NCBI RefSeq assembly: GCF_009914755.1
Contig: NC_060930.1
Reading direction: 5' to 3' (one strand)
DNA from: the human T2T-CHM13v2.0 reference genome, Homo sapiens
DNA length: 64,000 nucleotides
Shown in pieces: positions 28,093-43,010 of the stretch. Within the stretch, counting starts at the first letter, position 1. Every line of letters begins with the position of its first letter. The translations under genes were made by a program, and so were the position numbers. The notes under the pieces were generated by a model. That model was not told the origin of the DNA. It saw only the letters and a list, made by a program, of their open reading frames with translations, and searched no databases.

Positions 28093-29460
28093 CTGTATGA
28101 AGATTTTTGTCAAGGGCTGCCATTACATGCCCTTTATTACATCCTCCTCAGCATCACACTTTGATGTCCAGCTCCCAGACTCCTGTGGTACCTACAAGTC
28201 CCACGTCGATGCAGCGCAATCTGTTGTCCTGGACCTCTGGAAGAAAAGCTAAGTCTTCTCAGACCTTTGTAGAAATTCAAATGTTTGTGTCACCAGCAGC
28301 ATCTGAAACTCTATCCTCAGTATGGTTTTTGAAGTAATTTACCATTTGATCACCTTCTCAAATTTCTTAGACCTACTAAAAATCAGAACATGTACTATAA
28401 ACATTCATTTGCTTAGTGTATATATTTAAGATCTATTATTCATATTTCTGCATTGGCCGTAACTTCTTTAGCATGCTTTAACATGTTTGCCCAGAGAGAT
28501 ACTTCATGAATACTTTTGATCATGGGAAATGAGGTTAGAGTTAGGGATTGTTGCTGCCACATTTTACTTTATTATGATTATGGAAACTAATTTTTCCAGA
28601 AGGCAAGAGCAGGGAGTAGCTCTTTCCTTTGAAATGTCTGGTTAAATTTCTTTGCACATCTCCTAGCCCAACATCAAATCAAGTGCTAAATAATGTCTTT
28701 GCATTTTACTATTAAAGTCCTTTACAATATATTTCTAATGGCAACTAAGTAGCCAGTCCAATTATACATCATATCCATCACTCTAATGTCCCCTCAGCTT
28801 TAAAGTTCTAGGATGTCACAGGAGCTAGAAGAAAGCTTAGCACAGCGAAGGAGCATCCTCAGAAGCTTTATATGGTTGCAAGACACCGATTCTCGGGTGC
28901 TTTTCCAAATATCTCCACCCTTGGAATCTGTCTTCTGTTGTGATTATGATTTAGTGGTAACCAGATTGCTAAGCAAAAATGTCTTTATAACAGATCGCAG
29001 AAGAAAGCAAGATGCTTGTTTGGGTGGCTGTGTGCTTCTTATTGATTTATTTAGTGTTTTTAGTTCTTCCCCATTTCTCAGCAGGTGAGGCCTTCACTTG
29101 GGTTCAGTTCTTAGGTTCTCCTCACTGCATTAGGAACTGTCAACATGGAAATCGTTCTACTGAGGACTTTCTCAACAAAGTTTCCCATTCCCCTTTCTAC
29201 AAAGGGAAGGGAGGGTGATGGGAGTAGTCTCAAGGTTCTTCTCAAGTTTCTTCTCAAGCATTGCTTGGAGGTAGTAATGAGTGAAGCGGGATGGGGGTAT
29301 ACAGAGTCTGAGTTTGTAACACATGCCCCTCCAGGTCCTTTTCAAATTCCTGGTCCCAGTCATCCATGGCAATGAGCCTGTGTTCCCTGTTTAAGCAGGG
29401 AGCTTGATTTGCTGATTCAAATAAGAATAACAATCTCTTATTCTCCAAGGCAGGAAATTG
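28093..29460 (-). pseudogene. Candidate large exon P21 (about 1.37 kb), heavily decayed
   Basis: aaacag| acceptor; NFLPWRIRDCYSYL then MDDWDQEFEKDLEG and other protein-like patches in shifting frames; CAG|gtggtt donor; boundaries uncertain. Confidence 0.4.
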
Positions 29461-30530
29461 CTGTTTTGGTGAATGAAACCAAAACAAATCCAAAAAGCAG
29501 CACTTTTTGTTGTTGTGTAAATCAGCCATTTATTTTCCATGTTGGCTGAAGGCAGAACAAGAAGAAATCTGAAAAAACAACTTAGATTTAACATCACATT
29601 TAAATTTTATATTACAAAGAAATTACGGGAATGGAAGGAGTTTGCCTCCCAGTCCATTGGGTTAGAAAGGTAACTGTTTTGTATTCCCAACCATACAATT
29701 TACCACAAAAGAACATAGTATTTTAGAAGCTCAAAATAAGACAAAGAAAGGGAAAATTTCTCAAATTATGTAATCCATTTGAATTCGGGGGAAAAAAAAA
29801 AAAAACCTTAAAGAGCATTGTAGCCCAATCAGCTCAACTTGAAATGAGATTCTACCCAATTTCACCTAGTTACAGGAAATTTTAATAATGTTTAAAATGT
29901 TTTTGCCAAAAGGGATGACCGTCGATAACACTGAATAATATTGATGATCTTTTCCCACACTTTCATCTTTAAAAATGTCATAGGACATTGCAATATATGA
30001 TCTTTTCTCTCATTAAACATCCAGCCATCACAATGCATTTTTCAAAGACACACAGCTCTGAATATTCTATCTGTTATTGTATACTAGTTTTCTGTGATGT
30101 TTAGAAGAGTAGGCAACTATAGATTAATTTGTGTTAGGTATTTGTATAAGCATAAGAATTAATTTATGTTTTGGTATCAGGTCGCTATAGTGAGAAGCAC
30201 GTTATTCGTCACTCTAAAGTGACTTTTTTTTTTTCCAGAAAAAAAACCCCACAAAAGAACAAAAGGACATTTTTGGAGGTGATGGATAAGTTTAGTAACT
30301 TGATGGTGGTGATGGTATCACAGGTGTATGCATTTGTCCAAACTCATCAAAACGTGTATATTAAATACGTGTAATTTTTTGTATATAAATTTATACCTCA
30401 GTGAAGCTTTTTTTAATATAGATATAATAATGGACAAGATTATGAAAACTGTATTAGCACCTGTGGTATCGAAAGAGAAACTTTAGCTTTGGACTACACA
30501 GCGTGTGGGAGCCAGGAGGGGCTGGCTTAC

Positions 30531-30661
30531 TTCCTTGATTGGCAGAGGGCCCCACTTGAAATTCTTCGAGGAGGAGAGAGGTACAGTATCACCCAGGGCG
30601 TGCATTTCCATAGGAAGCCACAGCAATGCAGACTGGCTCTTCCTCCTTCACGGAGAACATG
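30531..30661 (-). pseudogene. Candidate exon P20 (131 bp)
   Basis: gtttag| ... AA|gtaagc; phase 0->2, open: HVLREGGRASLHCCGFLWKCTPWVILYLSPPRRISSG. Confidence 0.65.
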
Positions 30662-32196
30662 CTAAACTACACTCAGAGCAGTAATAAGTAAATCAATGCC
30701 TACGACGAGGTGACAGCTGGCCTCTGCAGCAGAAACACATGATCACAGATGGAAATCTCAATTATGGGTATTCCAAGAACAGAATTAAAGTCTGTTTTCA
30801 GTTAGAAGCCCCATATAAAATGGGGCTCCATCTGTATTTACTACATGCAGCTGCGTCTTTCTCAAAGTGCTTAATGAACTTTTTCTTCTTTGTGAACGTC
30901 CACTTGCACATAAAGGTAGCAACCTGAAGTAAATATCACAGGAACATACCTGCACAAAGCAACACGGGACAGTATACGTTTTTCTTCCTCTGTTAACTGA
31001 GAGACATTACATACTCCATACTCAGGTCCTAAGCTATTTCACCCAACTGCAGAAAATAGATCTAAACTGTGAAATAAAAAAAACTGCTTTAAGAATAGTA
31101 ACTTTTTCCAACTATTCTGGCCATATCTCATTATTTTCATGTATTAAAATTTAGGCCACAGTATAAATATACTTGAATTTCACATTTAATGAGATCAGTT
31201 CAATTTGGCATTTAACAATCACTGTAAAATTTTTCATTTTGATTTAATTCAGTTATACAGCAATATATTTTCAAACCGATCTCATTATTGGTGGCGCACA
31301 TTTACACACACACACAACTTACTACAGCAACATCAGTCAAATCGCAACATGAAAAGTTCGCATGCTATTACTTTGCTGTTGTTCATTTTCTATTCACCCC
31401 CACAAAATTAATCATACTGGCATGAACTTCTCCTAATAGAGAAGTAGTGTTATTTAAAATAAGTAAGTTCAGTTCCCAGGTAGATGCTATAAAAAGTGTT
31501 AAGCACATTTTATGAATTCGACTTTCAGTTAGTATCACCCCCAAATTTTTCTCCACTAAAAGTTGTGACAATAAATGTCAAAGTCAAATGTGTTTTTTCT
31601 TTTGAATTTTAAAGAAAACGAACCAAATAAGGATTACAACACCTAAGAAAATCTGCATTCTATAAAATTGAGACTTCAGATGCAAAAAAAATCAACAAAT
31701 CAAAATCCTAAAATCTACTTTTTTTCAAGTGATTAAGTAACTAAGACTAGTTTGTTATAAAATATGGATATGTATTTTTAGTGAAATAGCATACCATTCA
31801 TAAGCATCATATTTTTATTAAAATATTGCTCCCATCAATACTCATTTAACCATATTCACATTCACAGAGTGTATATAATCTTTTCCCCTGGATGATTTAA
31901 TATCTTTATTAAAACTCAAAAATAGAAATTTTGATGGTATTAATCTCAACCTTATATGGAAACACACTTTCTCAAAACAATGTTTTATTTTAATAATTAA
32001 TAATGTTAAAGTCAGTTTCATTACTAAGTTCAAGTAATAATCAAAGAACACCAACTCCAAAATAAAATTTGGGAAAGTTGACACTGAATCTACAAACATA
32101 TTCATACTCAGAAATAAAAATGTGTGCTTCTGAGTACTATTCCCTGATGAAAACCTCAGTTTTAAAAATTTGCCTTTGAGCATTACATTTTGTTAC

Positions 32197-32314
32197 GTTC
32201 TCCTCTACTGGGTTTGGGAATGATTTTTCAGAGAATACCAAAGTGCTGATCTTTGTTCATCAAAGTTCATCTTCACAGATTTGCCATACAATGTAACCTT
32301 CATCATCATTTTGG
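32197..32314 (-). pseudogene. Candidate exon P19 (118 bp)
   Basis: tttttttttctcccatag| ... AAC|gtaaca; phase 2->0: QNDDEGYIVWQICEDEL**TKISTLVFSEKSFPNPVEEN. Confidence 0.65.
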
Positions 32315-34159
32315 CTATGGGAGAAAAAAAAATCGTGGCTCACCTTTCCATTTCCTCTGCTAACAAAGTAGAGAAATTATCCAATCTCAAAAAACTATAT
32401 TTACTTTGACTTAAACTGTTAGTCTCAGGCAGCCCCAAAGTAAATCGGCTATTCTAGTATGCTTAGGGATTCTGGCAGCTCTCAACTCTCACAAAGGTTG
32501 TTGTTTTGGTTACACCCAGGACTATATGTTCTAGTCTACTTAATCTTTTGGCCTATCACTTTGTACTCTGACTCATAACTAAAAGTCCTAGTTCCCATGA
32601 AGAAACATCGTTTCTTCAAGGCAGAAGTCAACATTATAGGAAAGCCTGGGTTCATCTTCTGCCTTTTGCGTCTCCGTATATTCTCTCATAGCCTTGAACA
32701 CAGTATCTGATTTCTTTCTAAATAAGCTACTATTTTTAAAATTTGAAAAAGTTTAACCTCCCTTCTCAAGCCATGTACCTATAAAATTTCAGATTGTCCC
32801 CATTCTTTTAGAAGATATTTTGCCTTCTTCAGCATGATAATAACAGAATGATCATGGTTGCTATGGCCTTTATCCTGTTAGTGGTACTCATCATTTATGT
32901 TTAATCAGAACAACTCACTGCTATTTGACAGTTCTTCCCACTTTGGCCATCATAACCCTCTATCGGTCATCTCATCTACTGTCTACTAGTCATCTATGAA
33001 CAGTGAACTGAGATTTTTTCCTCTTGGAAAACTCATGAGCCCTTTCTATTCAACTCTGCACCAATCATTCCAAAATTCGGTCTTTATTTCTATCACACAA
33101 CGATGAGCAGATCTTAACATCTGGTCATGCTGTAAGGATCTCAAACTTTACATATCAAAAAGAAAACATCATTTTACATCAACATCTTAACACTCCATAT
33201 TAGCTTGCCTTCCCGTTGTTTCAGTTTCTGTCAGTGGTGCCATGAGACTTGCGTCTTACTTGTGGATCTGCCCGTGAGGCATGGTGTCCCACTCAAAGCC
33301 AGACACAGCCAGATCTGTGCCTTGCACCTTCCCACTGGGCATAGCTCACAAAGGAGGTTCACCACCTTAGAATTCAGGGCCACAGCAAGCCCCAGGACTG
33401 AGGTTCATGAATGGCACCAGGAATTCAACAAACAAGCAAGTACAGCACATGGCAACCCAGAGAAACGCTGTTTGCAATTCCATTTGAACTAGTGTTCTGC
33501 ATGTTTTTCTTTGGCAACCTATGTGATTCCAACATTCAGTCACAGATTGAATTGAGTTGAGAACAATTGCCCTAGGGTTAGCTTGCTAATGTACGATCTC
33601 TCTAATTTGTAAAGCTTGTGCTAAATGGAAAGTGAATTCTGTAGCCCCAGCCAAGATTTCCCTTTCAGGTTTGGTTAATGATGGTTTAATTCACCAAACT
33701 TTAAGAGTAGGTGTTGGGAGGTGCTAGGATTTGACAGCAGAGAAATAAACCCAAAATACTGTCTCTGTCCCCAAGAAACTAACAGTCAGGAGCTGAAATA
33801 AAATAAAATCTTCCATACTTGAATATATATTTTATTAAAACAAGAAATCATTTCTTTAAAATATAAAAATATTTAAGTAGTAATTGGCTATGTTGACATT
33901 TCTACTTATGAGAGATGTCCATTTGGAATAAAACATAAATAAAACCCTTTTACATGGAGGCATCAAAAATATATTCTTAAAAATTAATAGCTTTTAAGTA
34001 CTAATATAAACCTTCTCTCACTTGTAAGTTTTCTGACATTGAATGCTGCTTCCGGTTTTCAATGATGCCTCACTCCTGCAGGCTGCGTTGAATAAACATA
34101 GAAATTGATCCCCCAACATTGGTATTAAAGCTCTCAAGCCATGTGGTTCCTTAGGAGAT

Positions 34160-34650
34160 TGAAATCGGCCCAGTTGTCCCACAGAACTGATGTTCATAGT
34201 GTCTTATTAGAAATTTACAGCCCCCACTCCCTCCCCAAGTCTTAAAACTTAAAAAAGTTACATTTTTCTTCTCTGAGTTCCTTTCTCAGGAAACCAACCA
34301 TCAGGTCTCCCAGACAGTATCAAAGAACTAAAACTCACCAGGTCACCACATCTGGACAATGAAATGCCAGACTCCTTATCCATCATGATTGCTTAAACAA
34401 CCACCTCCTTCCTGTTGACCAGCTCTGCTTCCTTACCCCTCCCTAATTCCTGTTTTACATTTCTTCACTGCTATAAAAACCCCTAATTTCAGCTGGTTGA
34501 GGAGATGGATTTGAAACAGATCTCCCATCTCCTTGGCTGCAGCACCCAAATAAAGCCTTCTTCCCTGGCAAGACTCAAAGTCTCAGTGACTGGCTTTCTG
34601 TGCTGCAAGAAACAAGACCTAGACCAAACCCCTGGTGTTCCGGCAATAAA
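34160..34650 (+). mobile_element. ERV solo LTR (family not assigned)
   Basis: tgaaatcggcccagttgtcccacagaactgatg start, TATA-like ctataaaa, aataaa. Confidence 0.65.
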
Positions 34651-34740
34651 ATTAGACACATGGCTTTCAGTGTTCTTTAAAGTTGGTGTTTAAAAGCCTG
34701 AACAGGATGAAGGGCTGTGTCATAGCACAGACTGTCTTAC

Positions 34741-34886
34741 AGTAGCTTATACTATCACCAACAATTTGTTATCAGCAATGTCCGAGGTAATAAAATTTGC
34801 CAGCCTTTCTTTTTTCAAATCAGTGGTTTCAAGTTTATTCCTTATAATAACATTTCTTGCACTCACTTGTCTCCAGGAGTGTTTTC
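34741..34886 (-). pseudogene. Candidate exon P18 (146 bp), MAP1-N-like repeat 3
   Basis: tctcccactcag| ... |gtaaga; GKHSWRQ...ERLANFITSDIADNKLLVIV*AT; phase mismatch with P19. Confidence 0.65.
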
Positions 34887-35291
34887 CTGAGTGGGAGACA
34901 CAGGGGAGGAACTGTGGCCATTCTGCTGGCTTACGCATAACCACACACAGCTGTGTACATGAGACCAGGGTGGGAACATCCTCCTCCGTGTGTGCCACAA
35001 CAGAAAATGGCAAGAACTGCTGCTCAGGTTCATATCAGTCCATTAATTAACACGTATCAGTGCCACAGTTTCACCCAGCTGTTGTTATCCAGTTTCCATG
35101 CCTCTGAATTTCCCACAAGGACATGGTAAGAAACTCAATTGTAGAAATTAATCTAATCATGGTATTACCATCAACAACTAGTTTAGTAACCATGGAGAAA
35201 AGGAAGTAAGATGACTTTAGCATGATATTTTCTTAATGAACTCAAGTTACAAATTATTGTGAGTGTTCTGGATGTGTTAGCATCCTCCTAC

Positions 35292-35629
35292 CTTCACACT
35301 CAGGTGGTTCCATGTTCTAAATATTCTTTGATTCCAATTACTTCAGAATCTCCTCATCAAATGTTCTTGCCTATGGCTCAATAAAGATAAAATGAAATGG
35401 GGGGAAGATGCTCCTTGTATTTTCAAACTTTGCACTACTATGACATAGGAGGACAATTTTCTGTTTATCCTGCATGAGCTTTGCTATGGGGTGTCAGCTC
35501 TATGGAAGGACCACGACCGCACAGCAACACACTTTAATGGGGCAGCACTTATTCGATAAGCTAAGAAGTGCAAAGATGTTTTGGAAAGGCATCTGAGACA
35601 CACATTTAGTATGTGACATTATCCATGAA
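35292..35629 (-). pseudogene. Candidate exon P17 (338 bp)
   Basis: gttgttttcag| ... AAG|gtagga; phase 2->1, several stops; contains FHFIFIEP*ARTFDEEILK. Confidence 0.6.
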
Positions 35630-36184
35630 CTGAAAACAACTTTTAACAATGCTAAAGTTGGGTATCTTTTTTTTTTAAAGGCAAATTTTAAGGTATATAA
35701 CTTTAAAGTAGGCTCTAAGCATTTCATCCAAAAAAGCAACATACAAATGATAAATGTTTTTCAAAATAACTAAAGCTCTTTCCTCCAACCATGATATCCT
35801 TGACAAAAGGTGCTTCTGTAAAGATGTAAATCATGAAAATACAAGTTATACATTATGCAGGTAAATATGTATCAGGATATATTCAGAGCTGGCCATTTGA
35901 AGTAGATTTTTCTCATCTTTTGTTTTAAAGCAGAAGAGGGACTGCTGTTAACTGGTCTATTCAAAAAAAGCACCACCATGTTTCCACTAATGCTCACTGT
36001 AATCTAAAGTCCTCAAGCACGGATGCCACTCTCCCTTAACAACAGCTTCATCATGTTCCGGGGCTCATGTTCAGCAGAGGCCACCTGAGATGATAAATGA
36101 CCTTTGTGGAGAGAAGCTATAAATCTAAGCTGGCTCCCTTTTGTCCATCAACGGCAGTCACCAGCTGTGTTCAGTAGCACTCAC

Positions 36185-36355
36185 GTACTCTCTCTGACAT
36201 GCAGGTCCTGGCTAGCAAATTCCAGAAGATAGGCCACATATGGGTAGGCTTGCCCAGACCCATGTGTCTACTTCAGGCCCTTTAAACTCAAGTAGAGAGC
36301 CAACAGGCATTCAAAGTACATCGCCAGTGATGTAAAAGGTCATCTCTGACTTGCA
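36185..36355 (-). pseudogene. Candidate exon P16 (171 bp)
   Basis: ttgttctgtttag| ... AC|gtgagt; ends AYPYVAYLLEFASQDLHVRES in phase 2; needs an internal indel. Confidence 0.6.
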
Positions 36356-36900
36356 CTAAACAGAACAATGGTGACAATGAAAACCCAGCAAATTCACTAG
36401 TCTATGACATTTATGTTTTGAGAAACAGATTTAGTGATCACAAAAGTCATAAGCAATAGCTTCTAAACTTAAGCTAAGCAGAATCAAACAAACAGAACCT
36501 CCAACGATTTTGAGGTACACTAAGTGGGACCCACTGAGGTTCAGAAGGCCCAAATGAGACGTGCCTCTCTTCACAGAGCCAGATGGCTGCATCGGGCTTT
36601 CACACATCAAGACTTCATGGAGAAAAAACTGGACACAAGCTACTCTCTGCCCCCACTCAACAGAGTACCTTGCTTCAAACCCTGAAAAGTCCTGAAGAAA
36701 GCAGGCCATTTAAATCCACAAAATGTTAACTCCTGGATGGGATCCTCTCTCTCAAAACCAAGGACTGATCTACAGCCAGGATGCTGGGTTCTCATCCCAT
36801 TTCTGCTAACCAGACATGTGCCCTTGAGGAAGGCATTTAACATCTCAAAGACTATGCTTCTCTGTCAAATGGGCACAGTTTCCATTGGATCCAAAGATTA

Positions 36901-37280
<380 letters not shown>

Positions 37281-37799
37281 ACATAAATACTAACTTGATT
37301 TAGTCTTTCCTTCAGCAAGCATTTTCAAGTTCTGCACAAATGGAGCAGTGCACAGAATCCTTTCTCCATGGCCAAAAGAGAAGGTTCTGTGTGTGTCTCA
37401 GTGTGGAGTCTTTGCCACTGCTTGGTGAAATAGGAGTCGCATCCATGCATGGCCCTGATACTTGGAACAACGCTCTCCCTTTACGTAACAGGAGGCACAA
37501 AGCTGCCCTGGTATTACGTTAAAGAGAACTCACTCCCCATCCCATGAGTCAGGGCAGGATTTAACTGTTAGCAATGCCCTGGGGAGGTCATTGAGGACCA
37601 GCAGGGCCAGGTGGTACAGCCAGTACCTTTTAAAGGTTGTATCCCATATTTAGGCCTACGCATAGGCTGGCAAAGCTGCCCTGAGCTCCCATTCAGTAGA
37701 GAAACCGGCTTGGTAAAAATTCCTCTTCAAAACACAAATAAATCATGGCCACTCCCACTCAAACCCAGGATGAAGAATGATTTTTCTTGGGTGAAAAAT

Positions 37800-39310
37800 A
37801 ATACAAGCCCAAACCACAATGAGATAACACCTTATACCCATTAGGATGTCTACTGACAAAGAAAATAGCAAGCGTTGGCAAGGATGTGGAAAAATGGGAA
37901 CCCTAGTGCACGGTTGTTTGGAATGTAAAATAGTGCAGCTGCTACAGCAAGCAGTGTGGAAGTTCCTCAAGAGACTGAACATGGAATTGAGGTAGGAGAC
38001 CAGCAGGACTTGTTTCCAGGACCCGGTCAGAGGAAGTGAAGAAACCAGCCAAAACCAGCAGATGGCAACCAAAGGAATCCCCAGCTGGCCCCATTGCTCA
38101 TTAGCATAACACATCTCACCAGCCCATGACTCCATGACAGTTCACAAATGCAATGGCAACGTCCCAGAAGTTACCCCCGCTTCTTAGAAAGTTCTAAGTA
38201 ACCTGCCCCTCAATTTGCATTAACTCACCCCTTAATTTGCATGTAATTGAAAGTGGGTTTGAATGAGTGTAAATACAGTTGCCAATACCCCACACATTGC
38301 ACTCTGGATGCACTGCCTATGAGTCAGCCCTGCTCTGCAAAGAGCAGTACCATTTGATTAAAGATTGCTGACTAACGTCACCGGCTCATCCTTGAATTCT
38401 TTCCTGGGCATAGCCCCAATTTGGGGGCTCGCCTGTCCTGCATCAGAATTATCATATGACCCAGCAATTCCACTTCTGAGTATAGATCCATGAGAACTGA
38501 AAGCAAGGATCTCAAGAGCTATTTGTACACGTGTGTTCATAGCACCTTACTCACAATAGCCAAATGGTGGAAACAAACCAAGTGTCCGCTGACAGCTGAA
38601 TGGATAAACAAGATGTGGTATATACACACAATAGAATATGATTCAGCCTTAAAAAGAAAGGAAATTCTGATCCCTGCTACAACATGGATGAACCTTGAAG
38701 ACTTTATGCTCAGTGAAATAAGCCAGACACAAAAAGATAAATACTGTGTCATTCCATTTACAGTAGTCAAATTCATAGAGACAGAAAGTAGAACAGTAGT
38801 TGCCAGGGGCTGGGGTCAGGGAATGGGAAGTTGGTCTTTAATGGGTACAGAGTTGGCTGGGCGTGGTGGCTCACTCCTGTAATCCCAGCACTCTGGGAGG
38901 CCATGGCGGGCAGATCACCCGAGGTCAGGAGTTCTAGACCAGCCTGACCAACATGGAGAAACCCCATCTCTACTAAAAATACAAAATTGGCCAGGTGTGG
39001 TGGCAGGCGCCTGTGATCCCAGCTACTCAGGAAGCTGAGGAGAATCACTTGAACCTGGGAAGCGGAGGTTGCGGTAAGCTGAGATCCTGCCATTGTACTC
39101 TGGCCTGGGCAACAAGAGCAAGACTCCGTTTCAAAAAAAAAAAAAAATGGGTACAGAGTTGCAGTTTTGTAGGAAGAAAAGAGTTCTGGAGATGGATGGT
39201 GCTGACGGGCTGCACGACAATGTGAATGTACTTAGCATCATTGAATTGGACACTTAATGGTTAAAACGGTATTTTATGTTATGTGTCTTTTACTACAATT
39301 TTTTTAAGTC
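37800..39310 (+). mobile_element. L1M 3' fragment interrupted by a solo LTR and an Alu (38854-39148)
   Basis: L1 ORF2-end/3'UTR motifs (ccagcaattccactt, atggataaacaagatgtgg, atggatgaaccttga); Alu TSD aatgggtacagagtt. Confidence 0.85.
37988..38445 (+). mobile_element. ERV solo LTR nested in L1
   Basis: TG...CA ends (tgaggtaggagacc...ctgcatca) with 4-bp TSD gaat; attaaa signal. Confidence 0.8.
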
Positions 39311-39413
39311 ATAAAAGCCAGTTTCATCTATGTTGCTGTTTGGAACCTTTCTGAGAAGAAAATTGGCTGATCCAAACAATGTTGGGCAGAGAAAAGCGTG
39401 GTGTTAACATTAC

Positions 39414-39470
39414 CTGTTGTATGAGCAGGAGGTTTTTCCCTCCTACCTGAGTACAGGGGACTTGTTGGAT
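39414..39470 (-). pseudogene. Candidate exon P15 (57 bp)
   Basis: ctcctttcccctag| ... CAG|gtaatg, both strong; phase 1->1, open. Confidence 0.65.
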
Positions 39471-41129
39471 CTAGGGGAAAGGAGCATCTCCCTACAAGAC
39501 ATCTAAATCAAAGTTGACTTCCAAGAATTAGCTAGTCCTGCTTCACGTGTCTGGCTTACAGGTGAGGGTCAAAACCGCTAGCAAACATGCTTGTCTCAGG
39601 TTCATGAATGCAGAAATTCTTGCTGTCTCCCCATTTCTGAGAGAGGGGCCTATTTGTAGCATATGGAATATGAAAGGGTTTTCCCTGCCAGAGGAGATGA
39701 AATGTTTGCATAGTCAAATAACTCAGAACACGTGTGAAACTCCAGGCCCTTGGAAAGTCCAAGATTTATGGGACCTGTTCCGTGCTGACCAGGATTCCAC
39801 GGTTCCTCGTGCACTGCCACCACCCAGGCTACCACGACTGTTGCCCCAGGGATTCCAGAACCTTTGCACTCTGGTCAAAGCTCTCTGCTGCCTATTTTTT
39901 TTTAAACTCTAGTAAATGTTTCTTTGTAAATACAGAGTAACAGAAAATACAGGAAGAATCCTTTAATGAGTCTGAACATTGTGGACAAGCACATTGGTTA
40001 AGACAGATAATTATCTCTCTTTCCTAATTTCTTTCCCTCATCACCAAAGGATTTGAGGTTACTACCATGTGGTAAGGACAACTATTTTTATGGACACAAA
40101 ATCAAAGGATTTTCAAGTATCATAGTTAACCAAAACATCATAAATCACCCCTTCATTGGGTTTTCACTTTGTCAGAAGTTGAAAATTATCTTTATACCTG
40201 TATGTAGTAGCTAGGAGCAGAATGTGTTTAAGTGTGATCCTGTTTGAGTAAATCCTTTAAGGAAAATACATATATGCTGGTGTGTGCATTAAAACATCTC
40301 AAAGAAATCACAAGAAGCTATTGACTGTGTTTGTTATGCAGATAGAAACTTAAATCGGGGGCATCGAGTATTCTATTTCAGTTATTTTCTGTAGTTTGAA
40401 TTTGTTACCACATGCTAGTATGTGGTATTCATTCATTCATTCAAGATAAGACCTGGCTATGCTCAGAGGAGTAAGACAGAGCCCTGGCAGAAAACTCTTT
40501 ACAACCTAGTAGGGGAAACTGATCCACACATTATCAGTTACCATGTGTGTACTGTAATTGGTCAACAACCTAGGTTCAAATCCTGACTTGGCCATTTCTT
40601 AGCCATGTGATCTTGGACAAGCTATACCTTTCTGTACCTCAATTTTCACCTGTAAAATGAGGATAGTAGTTCCTATCTGACAGAGTTTTTATGAATATAA
40701 AATGAATGAAAATATGTAAAGCAGTTAAGATGTGCTTGGAACATAGTGAGCTCTCAATAATGCCTGATGTTACTATAGTAAAGATAAGAGACAGGCATTA
40801 CACCAATAGAAGAAGGATTTCTTCAGTCTGGGCCCTGGGGTATCAAGGCTCTAAAGTGGAGATGCTGCTTGAGCTAGGCCTTAATGGAGAAGTGGTGTTC
40901 TGTCAGGTAAGAGGAGGGAAAGGGCATTCCAAGAGAAGGGGACAGTATGAGCAGAAACAGGTTGGTATGACTGCCTGGTTAGCAGCCACTGCAGGCAAGG
41001 TGAACTCCTGAACTTTCCTTCCAGGAACGTCTTGAGGAAATGAGAAAGAAAGAGCAGCTTTGTTCGTTTTGAAAGTCCAGTACGTAATTTGTGTAAAGTC
41101 TGACCCTTCCTATGCCATTTCAGACTCAC

Positions 41130-41196
41130 TTGTTAAATTTCCTTTTTACGGTCTTCTTGGTAGAAGTTCACACCTGATCAAACATCTGTAAATGAG
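41130..41196 (-). pseudogene. Candidate exon P14 (67 bp)
   Basis: ttttttatactag| ... A|gtgagt; phase 0->1: LIYRCLIRCELLPRRP*KGNLT. Confidence 0.65.
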
Positions 41197-41734
41197 CTAG
41201 TATAAAAAATGAAAATCCTGAAATATAAAGCAGGTCCCTAAGCAGACCTCCAGAGCAGACATGCAGAATGCAGCAGGCCTCACACCTCTCGAAATCCAAT
41301 TGACACCTGCTTCTGGGGCCAGGGAACGTACAATATGGCTGTTGGGCGTTGGGAGATCCAGTTCAGCACCCCCTAAGTGGGGCTGGTCCTGAAGGTCACA
41401 TTTCCCTGGCTCTCCCGAGGTTTGGGATTAGACTGTAATCTTGGGCTTCTCAACCTAAGGTCACACTGAATAAACACCTATATGTTTGAGATAGTGCACT
41501 AAGACGCCCTCATCCAATCCTCAGCAGAAGCTTGTGGGTAGACATTATTTTTTCCCTTTTATAAGAGAAAAACTGGGCCTCTGAGAAGTCCAGAAATTTG
41601 CCTGAGTTCCTGATAATAGTTCAGGATTTAGATCCATGTCTTCTGACTCCACATTCAGTGCTCTTTTCACTGCTACATGCTGTCTCCTCTGAGAAGTGCT
41701 TTAAACTCAGCATTCCAGGATGTCGGCTTCATAG

Positions 41735-42100
<366 letters not shown>

Positions 42101-42869
42101 TAGACATCTAGTGCTGCGGTCTCCAAACCTACACCAAGAATCCCCACCATGCTCATGATTCCAGATGTACTTCCAACATTGTCTACAGACTGAGTGAGTC
42201 ATAGATTGCTAGTAGCCTAGCCAATATCCTTCTCCCTTCTTCTATTCTAACAGATACCTGGATAATGTGCTCTCCAAAAAAACTACATCCTTTAGCCTTT
42301 TTTGAAGAAGGGGTAGCCATTGGTAAATAAGCATAAAAATTATAAAAACCTTTCAAGGAAAACTCTTTGCCCTTCCATCATCCTTCCTTCTTCAAGCTGC
42401 AGGAAAAGCAGATATGGTAGGAGCTCCAGCAGCCACTTTGGGACCATGAAGAAAAGGTCAGAGAATTTCAGAGACCTTGGCTATAAACCAACACCTCTGG
42501 ACTTCTTTATTGTGAGGGCCGATATCTTTATGTATAATATTTAATCCACCAGGCATAGAGCTCTGTTTCTAGAAGCTGCATACAATTTCTAACTAAATAT
42601 TAGCACTACTGAATGTATTACCATTGTTCAGATGTTTGTTTATACTGGTGTGGTTAGTAAGAATCAAATTTATTCAAAAGAACAACTGAATAAAAATAGC
42701 TACTAGTCATGTAATTTCTCAACAGGAAATAACAGAAGTATGGCTGCTATGATAAGGAAGTCTGTGAATGTTTTTCTTTTACATTAAGAACGCCTTTAGA
42801 TATGGCTAGAAGTCACGAGTCTCCTTTGATCCATAAAGTAACTTTCTAAGGCCAGTTATCTGGACTCAC

Positions 42870-43010
42870 GATGTGGTCCTCTTTCCACCATCCCACTGAC
42901 ATTACTTTGGACTGTTCTTGCAGACAGACCATATTAGCAAGGAATGAGGGAAAACGGGGCGCTCATTTTGAACAAAAGTCCTAGGGCTTCTTAGGGAAAG
43001 CTAGAACTCT
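42870..43010 (-). pseudogene. Candidate exon P13 (141 bp)
   Basis: ccttttgtag| ... ATC|gtgagt; EALGLLFKMS / FPSFLANMVCLQEQSKVMSVGWWKEDHI with one inferred 1-bp insertion. Confidence 0.65.

Noticed and set aside
38490-38882. 130-aa ORF (WINKMWYIHTIEY...)
   Set aside because: Remnant of the L1 ORF2 C-terminus/3' region.
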